64,000 bases of DNA from Mustelus asterias (taxonomy: Eukaryota). Shown in pieces: positions 52,501 through 61,329 of this stretch (its first letter is position 1; every line of letters starts with the position of its first letter). Location of the stretch: assembly GCF_964213995.1 (NCBI RefSeq), contig NC_135817.1, positions 52,824,001 through 52,888,000 of the forward strand. The letters are read 5' to 3'. The translations under genes were made by a program, and so were the position numbers. A model generated the notes under the pieces. That model was not told the origin of the DNA. It ran no database searches and saw only the letters and a list, made by a program, of their open reading frames with translations.

Positions 52501-55500
52501 AAGAAACGGCGATATATTTCCAAGTCAGGATGGTGAGTGATTTGGGGGACCCTCCAGGTGATGGTGTTCCCAGGTGACGTTTGCTCTTGTACTTTTAGAT
52601 GGTAATGGTCATGAATTGGAACCTTGGTGAGTTCCTGCAGTGCATCTTGTAAGTGGTACACAGGGCTACCACTGCTCATTGGTGGTGGAGGTATTGAATG
52701 ATTGTGGAAGGGGTAACAGTCAAGTGGGCTGCTTTGTCCTTGATGGTGTTGAGCATCTTGAGTTTTGTTGGAGCTGCACTCATCCAGGCAAGTGGAGAGC
52801 ATTCCATCACGTCCTGACTTGTGCCTTGTAGATGGTGAACAGGCTTTGGGAAGTCAGGAGGTGAGTTACTAACCACGGGGTTCCTAGCCTTTGACCTTCT
52901 CTGGTAGTCACAATATTTATATGGCTGGTCCAGTTCAGGTTCTGGTCAATGGTAATTCCCAGGATGTTGATAATAAGGGTTTCAATGAAGATTATTTTTT
53001 TTCATTTTTTCATGGGACATGGGTGTCGCTGGCTGACCAGCATTTATTGCCCATCCCGAGTTGCCCTTGAGAAGGTGATGGTGAGCCGCCGCCTTGAATT
53101 GTTGCAGTCCACATGCTGTGGGTTGATCCACAATGCCCTTAGGGCGGGAATTCCAGGATTTTGACCCAGCAACTGCGAAGGAACTGTAAGTCAGGGTGGT
53201 GAGTGACTTGGAGGGGAACTTGCAGATGGTGGTGTTCCCATATATCTGCTGCCCTTGTCCTTCTAGATGGAAATGGTTGTGGGTTTGGAAGGTGCTGTCT
53301 AAGGATCTTTGATGAATTGCTGCAGTGCAGCATTAAGTGTCAAGGAGTGATGGTTAGATCATTTCCTGCTGGAGATGGTCATTGCCTGGCACTTGTGTGG
53401 TACAAATGTTAACTTGCCACTTGTCAGCCTAAGCCTGGATATTGTCCAGGTCTTGCTGCATTTGGATATGGACTGCTTCAGCATCTGAGGAGTTGTGAAT
53501 GGTGTTGAACATTATGCAGTCATCAGCAAACATCCCAACTTTTGACCATATGATGGAAGGAAGGTCATGAATGAAGCAACTGAAGATTGTTGGGCCTAGG
53601 ACGCTAACCTGAGCAATCCCTGCAATGATGTCCTGGAGCTGAGATGTTTGATTTTCAACAGCTACATCCATCTTCCTTTGTGTCAGGTATGACTCCAACC
53701 AATGGAGAGCTTTCCCCTGATTCCCATTGACTCCAGTTTTGCTAGGGCTCCTTGATACCGCACTCAGTCAAATGTTGCCTTGATGCCAAGGGTAGTCACT
53801 CTCACTTCACCTCTGGCATTCAGTTCTTCTGTCCATGTTTGAACCAAGGCTGTAATGAGGTTGGGAGCTGAGTGACCCTGGCAGAACTCAAACAATTAGT
53901 AAGCAGGTTATTGCTAAGCAAGTACTGTACCTCTTGATGACCACACTGTTGATGATCCCTTCCCTGATGATCGACAGTAGACTGATGGGGCGGTAATTGG
54001 CTGGGTTGTATTTGTCCTGCTTTTTGTGTACGGGACATACCTGGGCAATTTTCCACATTGCCGGGCAGATGTCAATGTTGTAGCTGTACTGGAACAGCTT
54101 GGCTAGGGGCACATCAAGTTCTGGAACAAGTCTTTAGGATTATTGCTGGATAATTGACAAGGCCCATAGCCTTTGCAGTATCCAGTGCCTTCAGCCATTT
54201 CTTGCTATCATATGGAGTGAATCAAATTGGCTGAAGACTGGTATCTATGATTCTGAGGACCTTCGGAGGAGGCAGAGATGGATCATCCACTCGGCACTTC
54301 TGGCTGAAGATAGTTGTGAATGCTTCAGCCTTATCTTTTGCACTGATATGCTGGGCTCCCCCATCATTTAATGATGGAAATATTTGTGGGGCCTCCTCCT
54401 TCAATGAGTTGTTTATTATCCACCACCATTCATGATTGGATGCGGTTGGACTGCAGAGCTTAGACCTGAGCCATTGGTTATGGAATCATAGAATCGCTAC
54501 AGTGAAGAAGGAGGTCATTTGGCACTGTCTCCAGCCATGCCCACCCCGAACCCTAGCCCCGTAACCCCTCACATTTACTATGGCTCATCCCCCTAACCTA
54601 CATACCTTTGGAAACTAAGGGGCAATTTAGCATGGCCAATCCACCTAACCTGCACATCTTTGGACTGTGGGAAGAAACTGGAGTACCCGAAGGAAACCCA
54701 CATAGAGACGTGGCAAATATGCAAACTCCGCACAGTGACCCAAGCTGGAATTGAATCCAGGTCCCTGTCTCTGTGAGGCAGCAGTGCTAAACACTGCATA
54801 ACCATGCCGCCCCTTAACTTAATCACTTAACTCTGTCTATTACTTTCTGCTTATGTTGTTTGGCATGCAAGTAGTCCTGTTTTGTAGCTTCACCAGGTTG
54901 ACACCTAATTTTTAGGTACACCTGGTGCTGCTCCTGGCATGCCCTCCTGCGCTCTTAATTGAATCAGGGTTGATCCCCTGGCTTGGTGGTAATGATAGAG
55001 TGGGGGATATGTGGGGCCATGAGGTTGTACATTGTGGCTGAGCATTATTCCACTGCTGCTGATGGCTCACAGTGACTCATGGATGCCCAGTTTTGAGTTG
55101 CTCGATCTGTTCCAAGTCTATCCCATTTAGCACAGTGGTAGGGCCACACAATACAATGGAGGATATCTTCAATGTGACTGTGTGACGGTCATTCCTACCA
55201 AATCTGTCATGGACAGTTGCCTCTGTGGCAGGCAAGTTGGTGAGGATGCGGTCAACTAGGTTTTTCCCGCTTGGTTCTCTCAGCACCTGCCACAATCCCA
55301 GTCTAACAGCTGTGTCCTTTAGGACCTGGCCAGCTCAATCTGTGGTGGTACTACCAAGCCGCTGTTGATGATGGACATTGAAGTCCCCACCCAGAGCACA
55401 TTCTGTGCCCTTGCCAAGTGGTGTTCAACGTGGAGGAATACTGATTCATTAGCTAAGGGGGGAATGGTACGTGGTAATCAGCAGGAGATTTCCTTGCCGA

Positions 55501-58500
55501 TAGTTGATCTGGTGCCATGAGATTTCATGGGGTCCAGAGTTGATGTTGAGGATTCCCAGGGCAACTCCTTCCCGACTGTACACCACTGTGCTGCCACCTC
55601 TGCTGGGTCTGTCCAGCCGGTGAGGCAGGACATACCCAGGAATAGTGATGGCGGTGCCAGGGTAGCTTGAGCAGGTAGCTCTCCCAATTTTAGCACAAGC
55701 CCCCTGATGTTAGTAAGAAGGACTTTGGTTGGGGGCATAGGAAGGTGATTTGGATGCTTACCTGCTGGCACAGAAATGCATCTGTTTTAACTCCCCAGCC
55801 TTATTTAAATCTCACTGGCTAACTTACCGGCCTATAATTGGCAGGGAGTCAGCAGAAAGCAGCAGAAAATCAGTGGTCTGATTCAGCTTTGGGGATTTTG
55901 TAGCAGGGAATCCCAAGGTTGGGAAGTGGGGGGAAAAACCATCAATTTGGCAAGAAGGCCAACGTTTTCCTTGTGACCTCTGGAGAAGCGATGTTGTTGC
56001 TCCTATCTTAAAGGGGAAAATAAAAACCCTTAGCTGTGAGGGATTCTTCTGGCCTTGGCTCCATGCCTTACTGTCTTCCACTCATCTGAGGCAGCTACTT
56101 TCCTCAGCTGCTTGCAGCATTGGGCAGATACAGACCGTGGCCAGTATTGTTCTCTGCTGATCTAGCTGGTTTCCGCTGAGTGGTTAGTGTTAAAGGTTCC
56201 CCTAGAGCTTCAGTTTACCAGGCTCACGGTTAAGGTTAGGTCAGTTGGCTGCATGTTCTGAAAGCTGCAGACTGTCTGGGTTTTGTCGATTCACACTGTT
56301 ACCAAGTGAACCACTGTATTATGATGATGGAGTCAGAAGATTTGCAACCAGTCGCCACAATGCATGGATTTTCCATTTTCCTGCACTTGACTTCTTTAAC
56401 TGGAAAATGACAAAGAAATACCCTGGCAGGGCAACCCAATATTGTCATCAGCAGATAATATTTCCAGAGCAGAATTTCAAGGATGTGCAAGATGTTTGCT
56501 TTACCACAGACACTTGTTTAGTTATGTCTAATTATAGAGGGAGATTGAGGTTGAAAACTGGAGGTGAAACGTGGATCCACTGCCTACTAGACAGAAATGC
56601 ACTTTCCTGTGTTCTGGAGTGTGTGAGGGAGTCGCTCTAGGAGTCGCTTCAGATTCATATTTGAGGTATCCTTGAGGCAAGCTAGGGTCATTGAAAGGAA
56701 AGTAAGATTGTACGTGGAAGTGGAAACTGAGCTTTTCAGAGTCTATTTGAAACCCAGTGGTGAAAGTGAGATCAATAATGAAAGGCAGTCTAAGGTTTGA
56801 GTCTAATGTGCCTCGCTAACATTCACACAGATGAAATATGGAATTTCATACAAGAATGATTCCGGGTTCTGTCGTAGATGGCGTCTTTATCATTTGTTCG
56901 TGGGAATATGATGCAAGTATCACTGGCAAGGCCAGCATTTATTGTCCACTCTTAATTGCCCATGAGAAGGATAAAAGATTTATTTTCCTAAATAACAACA
57001 ATATCCAGCTTCAAAAATATTTAATTGGTTGTAAAGCACTTAAGGATGTTCTGAAGTCCTGCAAAGTGCAATAATTATGAAGAAAACAAAAGACTGCGGA
57101 TGCTGAGATCTGAAACAAAAACCGAAAATGCTGGAAAGTTTCAGCAGGTCTGACAGCATGTGTGGAAAGAGAATAGAACCAACATGTCGAGTCTTGATGA
57201 CCCTTCATCAGTGCAGCTCTCTCGAAGGGTCATCCAGACTTGGAATTTTGGCTCTACTCTCTCTCCACAGATGCTGTCAGATCTGCTGAGATTTTCCAGC
57301 ATTTTCCGCAATAATAATGAACATTCTTTTTTGTCATCAACTTCAACATTAATTCCAGTTCCATGAATGTCGTAGCATTTTCCCCTAAGTGTCTTACTCT
57401 GCCCCTTTTTAATAGACTGTAACAATAATCAAGTACTGGTTAAATAACTGTTATTAACCCTAAAGGTATACCCTGAATGGAAAAAAATATATTTTTCAAA
57501 ATTCAGAAGTCTTTAAAATGGATTTTTGGAAAAAGTAAATGAATGTTTACTAAATTTACATCAAGAGCTGGTTGTGATTTCATTAGTGCATGGCCATATT
57601 AGTGACATCTAATTCACGACATGGTGAGATTGAGATGTAGGCAACACAGAGATTGCCTCAGGGCTCCAAAAACATGAACCAAAGCTTAGCCTGCTGTGCT
57701 GATTGGCTTTTGTCGCATGATTAAAGTAGTTCTGCCATAATATCATCTGGGAGAGCACAAAATGATTCGAAGAGCTGTGTTTATTACACGCTATGTATCA
57801 TTACTACAGCAGTCACATTCTGCTTTAATCATCACTCTGTTCCTATTCTAGTAACAACATAATTCAATGAGGTGCAATGGAATCATTGAAACCAGAAAGA
57901 GTTATATTTTTTCGGGTAGCAGTATTTGAGGAGTACATCTGTTGTGCATTTCAGCTAAAATGAATGTTTGTGGCACTTTATTGCTTGTCTTTATGTTAAA
58001 TCAGGAAGATGGAGTTTTATCATTTCTTATCTGGATTTTGCATTGTGGTTAGAACATGAGACTCAAAATCCCCTCCTGGTGCAGTTGAGGTTTTAGTGGT
58101 CCTTGCAACTTCAACTCATTTAAGTAATTATAAATAGCTGCCCTTTGAACTCAGCAAGAAGCAAGACCAGAGGGACAAGGAGAAATTCTAGCAGCAGATT
58201 CAAATTAAAGGAACATGTACCTCTAAAAGATCCTGGTGCAGGCAAATGCAAATGTGATATGTCTCTATGATGGCCCAGGCTCTGGTGTACTTTGATTGAT
58301 GCAACTGAATAGCACAAGCATTGAGTCATCCTGAGAAACCCTCTTTATCATCTTGCTCCTGCCATGGCCTCTGTCAACAGATCACGTGGCTGCTTTGGGA
58401 TTGTGTCAGCTCTGCATCAGATGTTTGCTCTGATGGCCCACCAGCATGGAAACTCCCTGAAGATCATACTAATGGATCTTTGAACCATAGCTGTGGTACT

Positions 58501-61329
58501 TCTGAAGAGGCCACAGCAGCAGTTAGGATCTTTAATAGAGGGAGCTCTGCGCTCCCCTGGAAAAAGCAGATATTCCAGAATGCACATTGCTCAAACATTA
58601 CCACACAGTTGCAAACCCGTGATTTTTCCAGAGTCTTAAAAGACAGGGGAAGTTTTATACCCTCCATCACTGGCATATTTTCAGCTAGAGGACACATACA
58701 TAGGGTCAGCTTCTCCAGTTTTGAGCCTCTCCCTTCTATTAATAACTTTGGTGCCTGCAATCATGAAACAAGGATGAAATGATAACTGAGCCTAGGTGAT
58801 TGGCCATTTGAAAAGGTACAAGGCCATTCAGCTATGTAATTGGATATTGAAATGTTTTTAATGCCCCAACTTGTCATTAGAGATTTCCTGGAAAGGTGAA
58901 GGATCAGATAAGAAGACATCACATGTTAGTTGTTGAGGGGAAAAACTGGGATGGAATTTTGGCCCCTCCTGGGGTCAGAGGCAGACAAGACCATAAATAA
59001 GCCCCGCAAGCTCCATCTCACCTCCACATAAAAGGCCACTGGGACTACCTGCCACAGGTGACTGGAGCTGAGCAGGCTCATTATGACGCTAATCAAAGAA
59101 GGTCAACTGGCAGGGATTGGTTTAGGCACTTGGAAGGGATGGCAGGCTGAGAGAGCCAACACTTTTTAGATAGGTCTAGAGGCCCAGTCTGTCTGCCTGA
59201 AGCAACTGGTGGCTACCCTGAGGAGGAGGGGGTCCTCTCCACAATGCCTCTCCACCACCAGACCCCTTCCCAAAATCACACCCCCACCCACCCTCCGCCC
59301 CCACCCCCTCCAACCTCCACAGACTATGGTGGTCTGGCTATTGAACCTATTTTTTAATCACTGAAAGAAGTTGGAGAGAGGGTGCAAGAATCTCAATGTG
59401 TCCTCTCTCTAACTTACCTTCTCTTGCAGCCTGTTTCTCCTCTCAAGCTGTAAGGCTTCTAATTGGCCATAAACAGGGGTTGGAGAGTTTATATGGGGAG
59501 AGAAATTAAGGGTGGATCAGAGGGCAGCGATTTTGGAGGATAGTGATGAATGGAATTACGAAGGAAGAAACATTGTTTGGTGTAGAGAATGAGGGGGAAA
59601 AGCAACGTAGATGTCTCAATGAGAAATTTGTCATGGTACTTAGATGGGCGGTAAGGGACAGACTTGATATGTAAGCTGAACTTTTCCTAACCTTCAATTT
59701 TCTATATCGCTTACTGAGACAGAAAAGCCCATGTTTCTCTAATCTTTTCTCCACTCAAGACCCCCAGAATGGGGATCAGCTTTGTGGCTCTTGACCTACC
59801 CCTACTGCAGAAATACTTCCCTTATTCCTCAGTTATTAAAATCAGGCATAGTACTGAAAGTGTGGTTTATATATTTGTGATTATTACTGACTGCTGTTCT
59901 GCATTGGTTGGAAATGTTAAATGTCGAGTCTATTAAGACCCCGATGTCTTTCTCGACTTCTTGATGTAGTTGCTGAAGGGAGTGCAAATCTAGATAAGCC
60001 GACGTCCTCTCCATATCACCTGAGGATTCTCTCAGGAAAAGGAACATTTTTCCCCCCGCTTATTCTTCACTAAATTTACCACCATTTGTCACCAAGACCA
60101 TATGAAATTAAAGAACAGGAAGTGCAGGTACATTTTAAGTAGCTGCTCCAGTTCTTTTCCTTCACTGAACAAGAAGATCCACCAAATAACCTCTCCATTA
60201 CTGGCACAGAACTTCAAACAAATTGATTGTTTGGATGTGGTAAAGTACTTTATAAATGGAAATCTTTTCATCCTTAACATATGAAGCGCTGTGATATAGA
60301 ATGTTTAAAGTTTATTTTATAGTGTCACAAGTAGGCTTACATTAACACTGCAATGAAGTTACTGTGAAAATCCCCGAGTTGCCACACTCTGGTGTCAGTT
60401 CAGGTACACTGAGGGAGAATTTAGCATGCCCAATGCACCTAACCAGCACATCTTTTCGGACTGTGGAAGGAAACAGGAGCACCCGGAGGAAAGCCACACA
60501 GACACTGGGAGAACGTGCAAACTCCACACGGGCATGGGGAGAACATGCAGACTCTGCACGGACAGTGACCCAAGCCGAGAATCAAACCCGGGTCTCTGGC
60601 ACTGTGCCACCCTGTGTGAGCAACCTTTAATATTTAATGATAGATTAAAATGCAGGGCCTATTGGGAATTTTTAATAGTGAACTAGAATATGGAAGGTGT
60701 TACCTAACTTGAGTCAACGTGTGCAAACTGAATGCTTAACAGCAAATTAGAATAATACATATTCTGTATAGTCCAAATTCTTATTTGGTATTGAAAACTA
60801 AAATCTTCCTCTCTGGGACAAGGATGATCTTGATGTGTGGTTTTAACTGCAGTATTTCAAAACTGGAAAGTTGCCTTCATTTTTATAATAAACCTAGTGG
60901 CTTACACTTTCCCATTGAACAACATGTCCTGATATAACTTGGGTTATATTCTGATTGATGTTTTTGCTGTACAGTTGAAAATCCTGGAGTTGCAGCTCAA
61001 AGTTAGCCAGGTGGAAAAACTTGTTCAAAAGTTCCAACCTCCATTCCAGATTGAATGTGTCTGTGATTATGTTTCCAATGTTTCAAAGAATGTTATCATT
61101 TCTAACTCGTTTTGTGTTTTTTTTTCTAGTTGCTACTCTTCACTCAAAGGCCTGTGCATCAGCGTCTCTCTTCTACTTCTTATTTGTCTACCCGTTTATA
61201 GTCTTCATAGTTCTGATCAGTGTTGGACTTTATTTTTTCCTAAGGCCAAAGAAACCGCAGAAAATCCCTAATGAAAAGAGTCTTTGGACACCAATCGAAA
61301 CATTCATTGATGATCCTAAGGGTGAATAA
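16450..61329 (+). CDS. CD101: EWI-family type I membrane protein with 7 V-set Ig domains (CD101/IGSF2-like; IGSF3-like ectodomain); join(16450..16525,28443..28820,31737..32144,37537..37917,39997..40401,43660..44061,45839..46255,50169..50585,61130..61329), 1027 aa
   Basis: All 8 introns are GT-AG and phase 1. Exon lengths 76+378+408+381+405+402+417+417+200 = 3084 nt give one open frame. The product has a signal peptide, 7 Ig domains, an EWI motif in Ig2 (FYCEGTEWIQD), one TM and a 28-aa tail. The family is secure; CD101 versus an IGSF3-like paralog is an inference from domain count and tail. Confidence 0.85.
16748..17636 (-). mobile_element. DeuSINE (SacSINE1/AmnSINE-like), split by a CR1 fragment
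   Basis: Minus strand reads ...CTGAGGGAG|...GTGCTGCAATGT...TCTGCCCTCTCAGGTGGA...GGGAGTTCT...TGTCCTG...GCTATATAATTGCAAATCTTTCTTT, matching the Deu domain and tail as I recall them. Pieces at 16748-17005 and about 17538-17636. Confidence 0.7.
17042..17538 (+). mobile_element. CR1 LINE 3' fragment
   Basis: Same subfamily as 50700-51705 (acagggttagacagggtagattcagaaagaatgtt). Confidence 0.85.
18420..19030 (+). mobile_element. L2-type LINE 3' remnant
   Basis: Diverged L2-like motifs: ttgactattccaa, ccccaagctctggaattccctcc, ctttaagacactccttaaaacctacc. Confidence 0.6.
19320..19860 (+). mobile_element. CR1 LINE 3' remnant
   Basis: VQKRFTRMVPRMRNFSYKDRLEKLGLFSFEKRRLRG. Confidence 0.85.
19975..20387. 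mobile_element. Third tRNA-headed SINE family: + copy at about 20068-20387 back-to-back with a - partial copy
   Basis: Head GTGGTATTATCACTGGACTAGTAATCC. Its 3' end GGGCAATTAGGGATGGGCAATAAATG matches the LINE 3' end at 52340-52400. Confidence 0.7.
21437..21745 (+). mobile_element. V-SINE/HE1-like SINE, type A
   Basis: Head, body and tail match. Confidence 0.9.
22150..23620 (+). mobile_element. PIF/Harbinger remnant (transposase on +; possible partner ORF remnant on -)
   Basis: ALALNFYVTGSFQAGTGDI (about 22180-22235) and NSKDYLPLNVKLSCGH...PGSHGSF (ORF 22380). The identity of the minus-strand segment is a guess. Confidence 0.7.
23894..24244 (-). mobile_element. V-SINE/HE1-like SINE, type A
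   Basis: Head, body and tail match. Confidence 0.88.
24650..26360 (+). mobile_element. Ty3/Gypsy gag-pol remnant
   Basis: Protease-like FKLD at about 25409. RT motifs LVPKPNGSLCICVD and KFDTTSNSWQVP (ORF 25655), and HMDDILVHG at about 26210. Frameshifted. Confidence 0.8.
25029..25341 (+). mobile_element. V-SINE/HE1-like SINE, type A, inserted in a Gypsy remnant
   Basis: Head and body match. Confidence 0.88.
27317..27621 (+). mobile_element. V-SINE, type B
   Basis: Head and body match, type B tail. Confidence 0.88.
28443..28820 (+). CDS. CD101: Coding exon 2: Ig domain 1 (QREVKLPKGPLVRAEGSHTTIQCDVSGYQGSSEQNFEWS...YECFTPNTD)
   Basis: Acceptor ttatag| at 28442, donor G|gtgggt at 28821. Typical EWI first-domain motifs GPLxRxEG, GYQGxSEQNF.WS and YECxTPxTD. 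Confidence 0.95.
29632..29907 (-). mobile_element. V-SINE/HE1-like SINE, type A
   Basis: Head, body and tail match with internal deletions. Confidence 0.88.
31737..32144 (+). CDS. CD101: Coding exon 3: Ig domain 2 with EWI motif (VIPDTL...CEGTEWIQDLDKSW)
   Basis: Acceptor ttacag|, donor G|gtaaga. Contains the EWI signature. Confidence 0.95.
32969..33287 (-). mobile_element. V-SINE/HE1-like SINE, type A
   Basis: Head, body and tail match. Confidence 0.9.
33745..34030 (-). mobile_element. V-SINE, type B
   Basis: Head and body match, type B tail. Confidence 0.9.
34491..35589 (-). mobile_element. Internally deleted Gypsy-type LTR element: two LTR copies, PPT and integrase C-terminus
   Basis: Direct repeats at about 34567-34722 and 35450-35589 both start TGTAGAATG on the minus strand. 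GGGGAAGA lies immediately before the 3' LTR, which can end ...TACACA at 34491. Internal peptides RLGKLSRPNPKLKDFVL and SYV.TSD..HVRNR. Confidence 0.65.
36614..36918 (-). mobile_element. V-SINE, type B
   Basis: Head and body match, type B tail. Confidence 0.9.
36947..37345 (-). mobile_element. Rex1/Babar-type LINE 3' end (second copy)
   Basis: Near-identical to 5033-5397. Confidence 0.8.
37537..37917 (+). CDS. CD101: Coding exon 4: Ig domain 3
   Basis: Acceptor atgcag|, donor C|gtaaga. V-set pattern C..FSVAW..DDGTYHC. Confidence 0.93.
37950..38246 (-). mobile_element. V-SINE, type B
   Basis: Head and body match, type B tail; about 33 nt after the Ig3 donor. Confidence 0.9.
38995..39300 (+). 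repeat. G-rich degenerate repeat (GGGTCAG / TCCAGCT units)
   Basis: Repeated ggtcagg and gtccagctgg units with G runs. Confidence 0.65.
39997..40401 (+). CDS. CD101: Coding exon 5: Ig domain 4
   Basis: Acceptor tcacag|, donor G|gtaagc. Pattern C..LSITW..DQGTYTCKVMEW. Confidence 0.93.
40826..42720 (-). mobile_element. Young 5'-truncated CR1 LINE with an uninterrupted 585-aa RT ORF
   Basis: ORF 40912-42669 contains NYRPVSLTS, YMDFSKAFDKVPH, SGVPQGSVLGP and FADD. (ACATAGA)n tail. Confidence 0.97.
43660..44061 (+). CDS. CD101: Coding exon 6: Ig domain 5 (ESSFAVTAITRTPTV...VRLSVSRASKLEAGKFLCLAELW)
   Basis: Acceptor tcacag|, donor G|gtaagg. Strongly resembles IGSF3 domain 5 as I recall it. Confidence 0.93.
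44209..44249 (+). mobile_element. 41-bp truncated terminus of the same Penelope-type family; 13-bp TSD
   Basis: TCCAGTTGGTAAG at 44196-44208 and 44250-44262. The insert is the reverse complement of the terminus at 14522-14554. Confidence 0.75.
44436..45131. mobile_element. MITE-like non-autonomous DNA element
   Basis: Imperfect TIRs GGGCAGAATTTTCC ... GGAAAATTGCCCC. The interior resembles GC-rich repeats at about 30780-31557 and 42832-43560. Confidence 0.45.
45839..46255 (+). CDS. CD101: Coding exon 7: Ig domain 6
   Basis: Acceptor gtgtag|, donor G|gtaaac. Motif DSGSYYCHVKEWLLDP; 417 nt. Confidence 0.93.
46296..46606 (-). mobile_element. V-SINE/HE1-like SINE, type A
   Basis: Head, body and tail match; about 40 nt after the Ig6 donor. 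Confidence 0.9.
47071..49820 (-). mobile_element. CR1 LINE (partial APE endonuclease and RT, frameshifted) between the Ig6 and Ig7 exons
   Basis: GDFNFPGIDW and SDHNSV endonuclease motifs plus RT motifs across four ORFs. Same subfamily as 14555-15442. Confidence 0.97.
50169..50585 (+). CDS. CD101: Coding exon 8: Ig domain 7 (paralogous to domain 6)
   Basis: Acceptor ctacag|, donor G|gtaaga. Motif DSGVYFCNVEEWVSSP; 417 nt. Confidence 0.93.
50591..50697 (-). mobile_element. V-SINE type A 3' fragment abutting the Ig7 donor
   Basis: atagaatcatagcatccctacagtgcagaggagg... directly follows gtaag. Confidence 0.8.
50700..51705 (+). mobile_element. CR1 LINE 3' part
   Basis: QRDLGVLMHQSLKVS...VRPHLEHCVQF. 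Confidence 0.92.
52335..55735 (-). mobile_element. Degenerate near-full ORF2 of a distinct CR1/L2-superfamily LINE
   Basis: EN start LLTNIRGL (about 55720). RT WKIAQVCPVHKKQDKYNPANYRPISLLS, QVSVLGPTIFSCFIHDLP and MFADD. Interrupted by a SINE and by a second 3' fragment (about 53000-53330). Confidence 0.85.
54482..54812 (-). mobile_element. V-SINE/HE1-like SINE, type A, inserted in a LINE
   Basis: Head, body and tail match. Confidence 0.88.
57083..57308. mobile_element. Palindromic Penelope-type element with two inverted hammerhead-like motifs
   Basis: Inverted arms at about 57122-57180 and 57250-57308. Minus strand reads CTGATGA-A-GGGTC-ATCAA-GACTC-GACA at 57211-57185. Confidence 0.7.
60307..60612 (-). 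mobile_element. V-SINE, type B, with an internal tandem duplication of about 30 bp
   Basis: gggagaacgtgcaaactccacacgg is repeated as gggagaacatgcagactctgcacgg. Confidence 0.88.
61130..61329 (+). CDS. CD101: Coding exon 9: stalk, TM helix and cytoplasmic tail (VATLHSKACASASLFYFLFVYPFIVFIVLISVGLYFFL-RPKKPQKIPNEKSLWTPIETFIDDPKGE*)
   Basis: Long polypyrimidine tract and ctag| acceptor, phase-compatible. TM with the family-like LFYFxFxYPF motif followed by a basic stop-transfer; TAA at 61327-61329. Confidence 0.92.

Noticed and set aside
50586-61129. A possible eighth Ig exon, which would make the gene IGSF3
   Set aside because: No frame of about 400 nt with a C..W..DxGxYxC pattern in the ORF track or on reading; the intron is mostly LINE/SINE.
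60939-61129. N-terminal parts of the ORFs at 60939 and 61021
   Set aside because: Intronic read-through upstream of the acceptor at 61129; the same applies to ORF-track extensions beyond the other exons.
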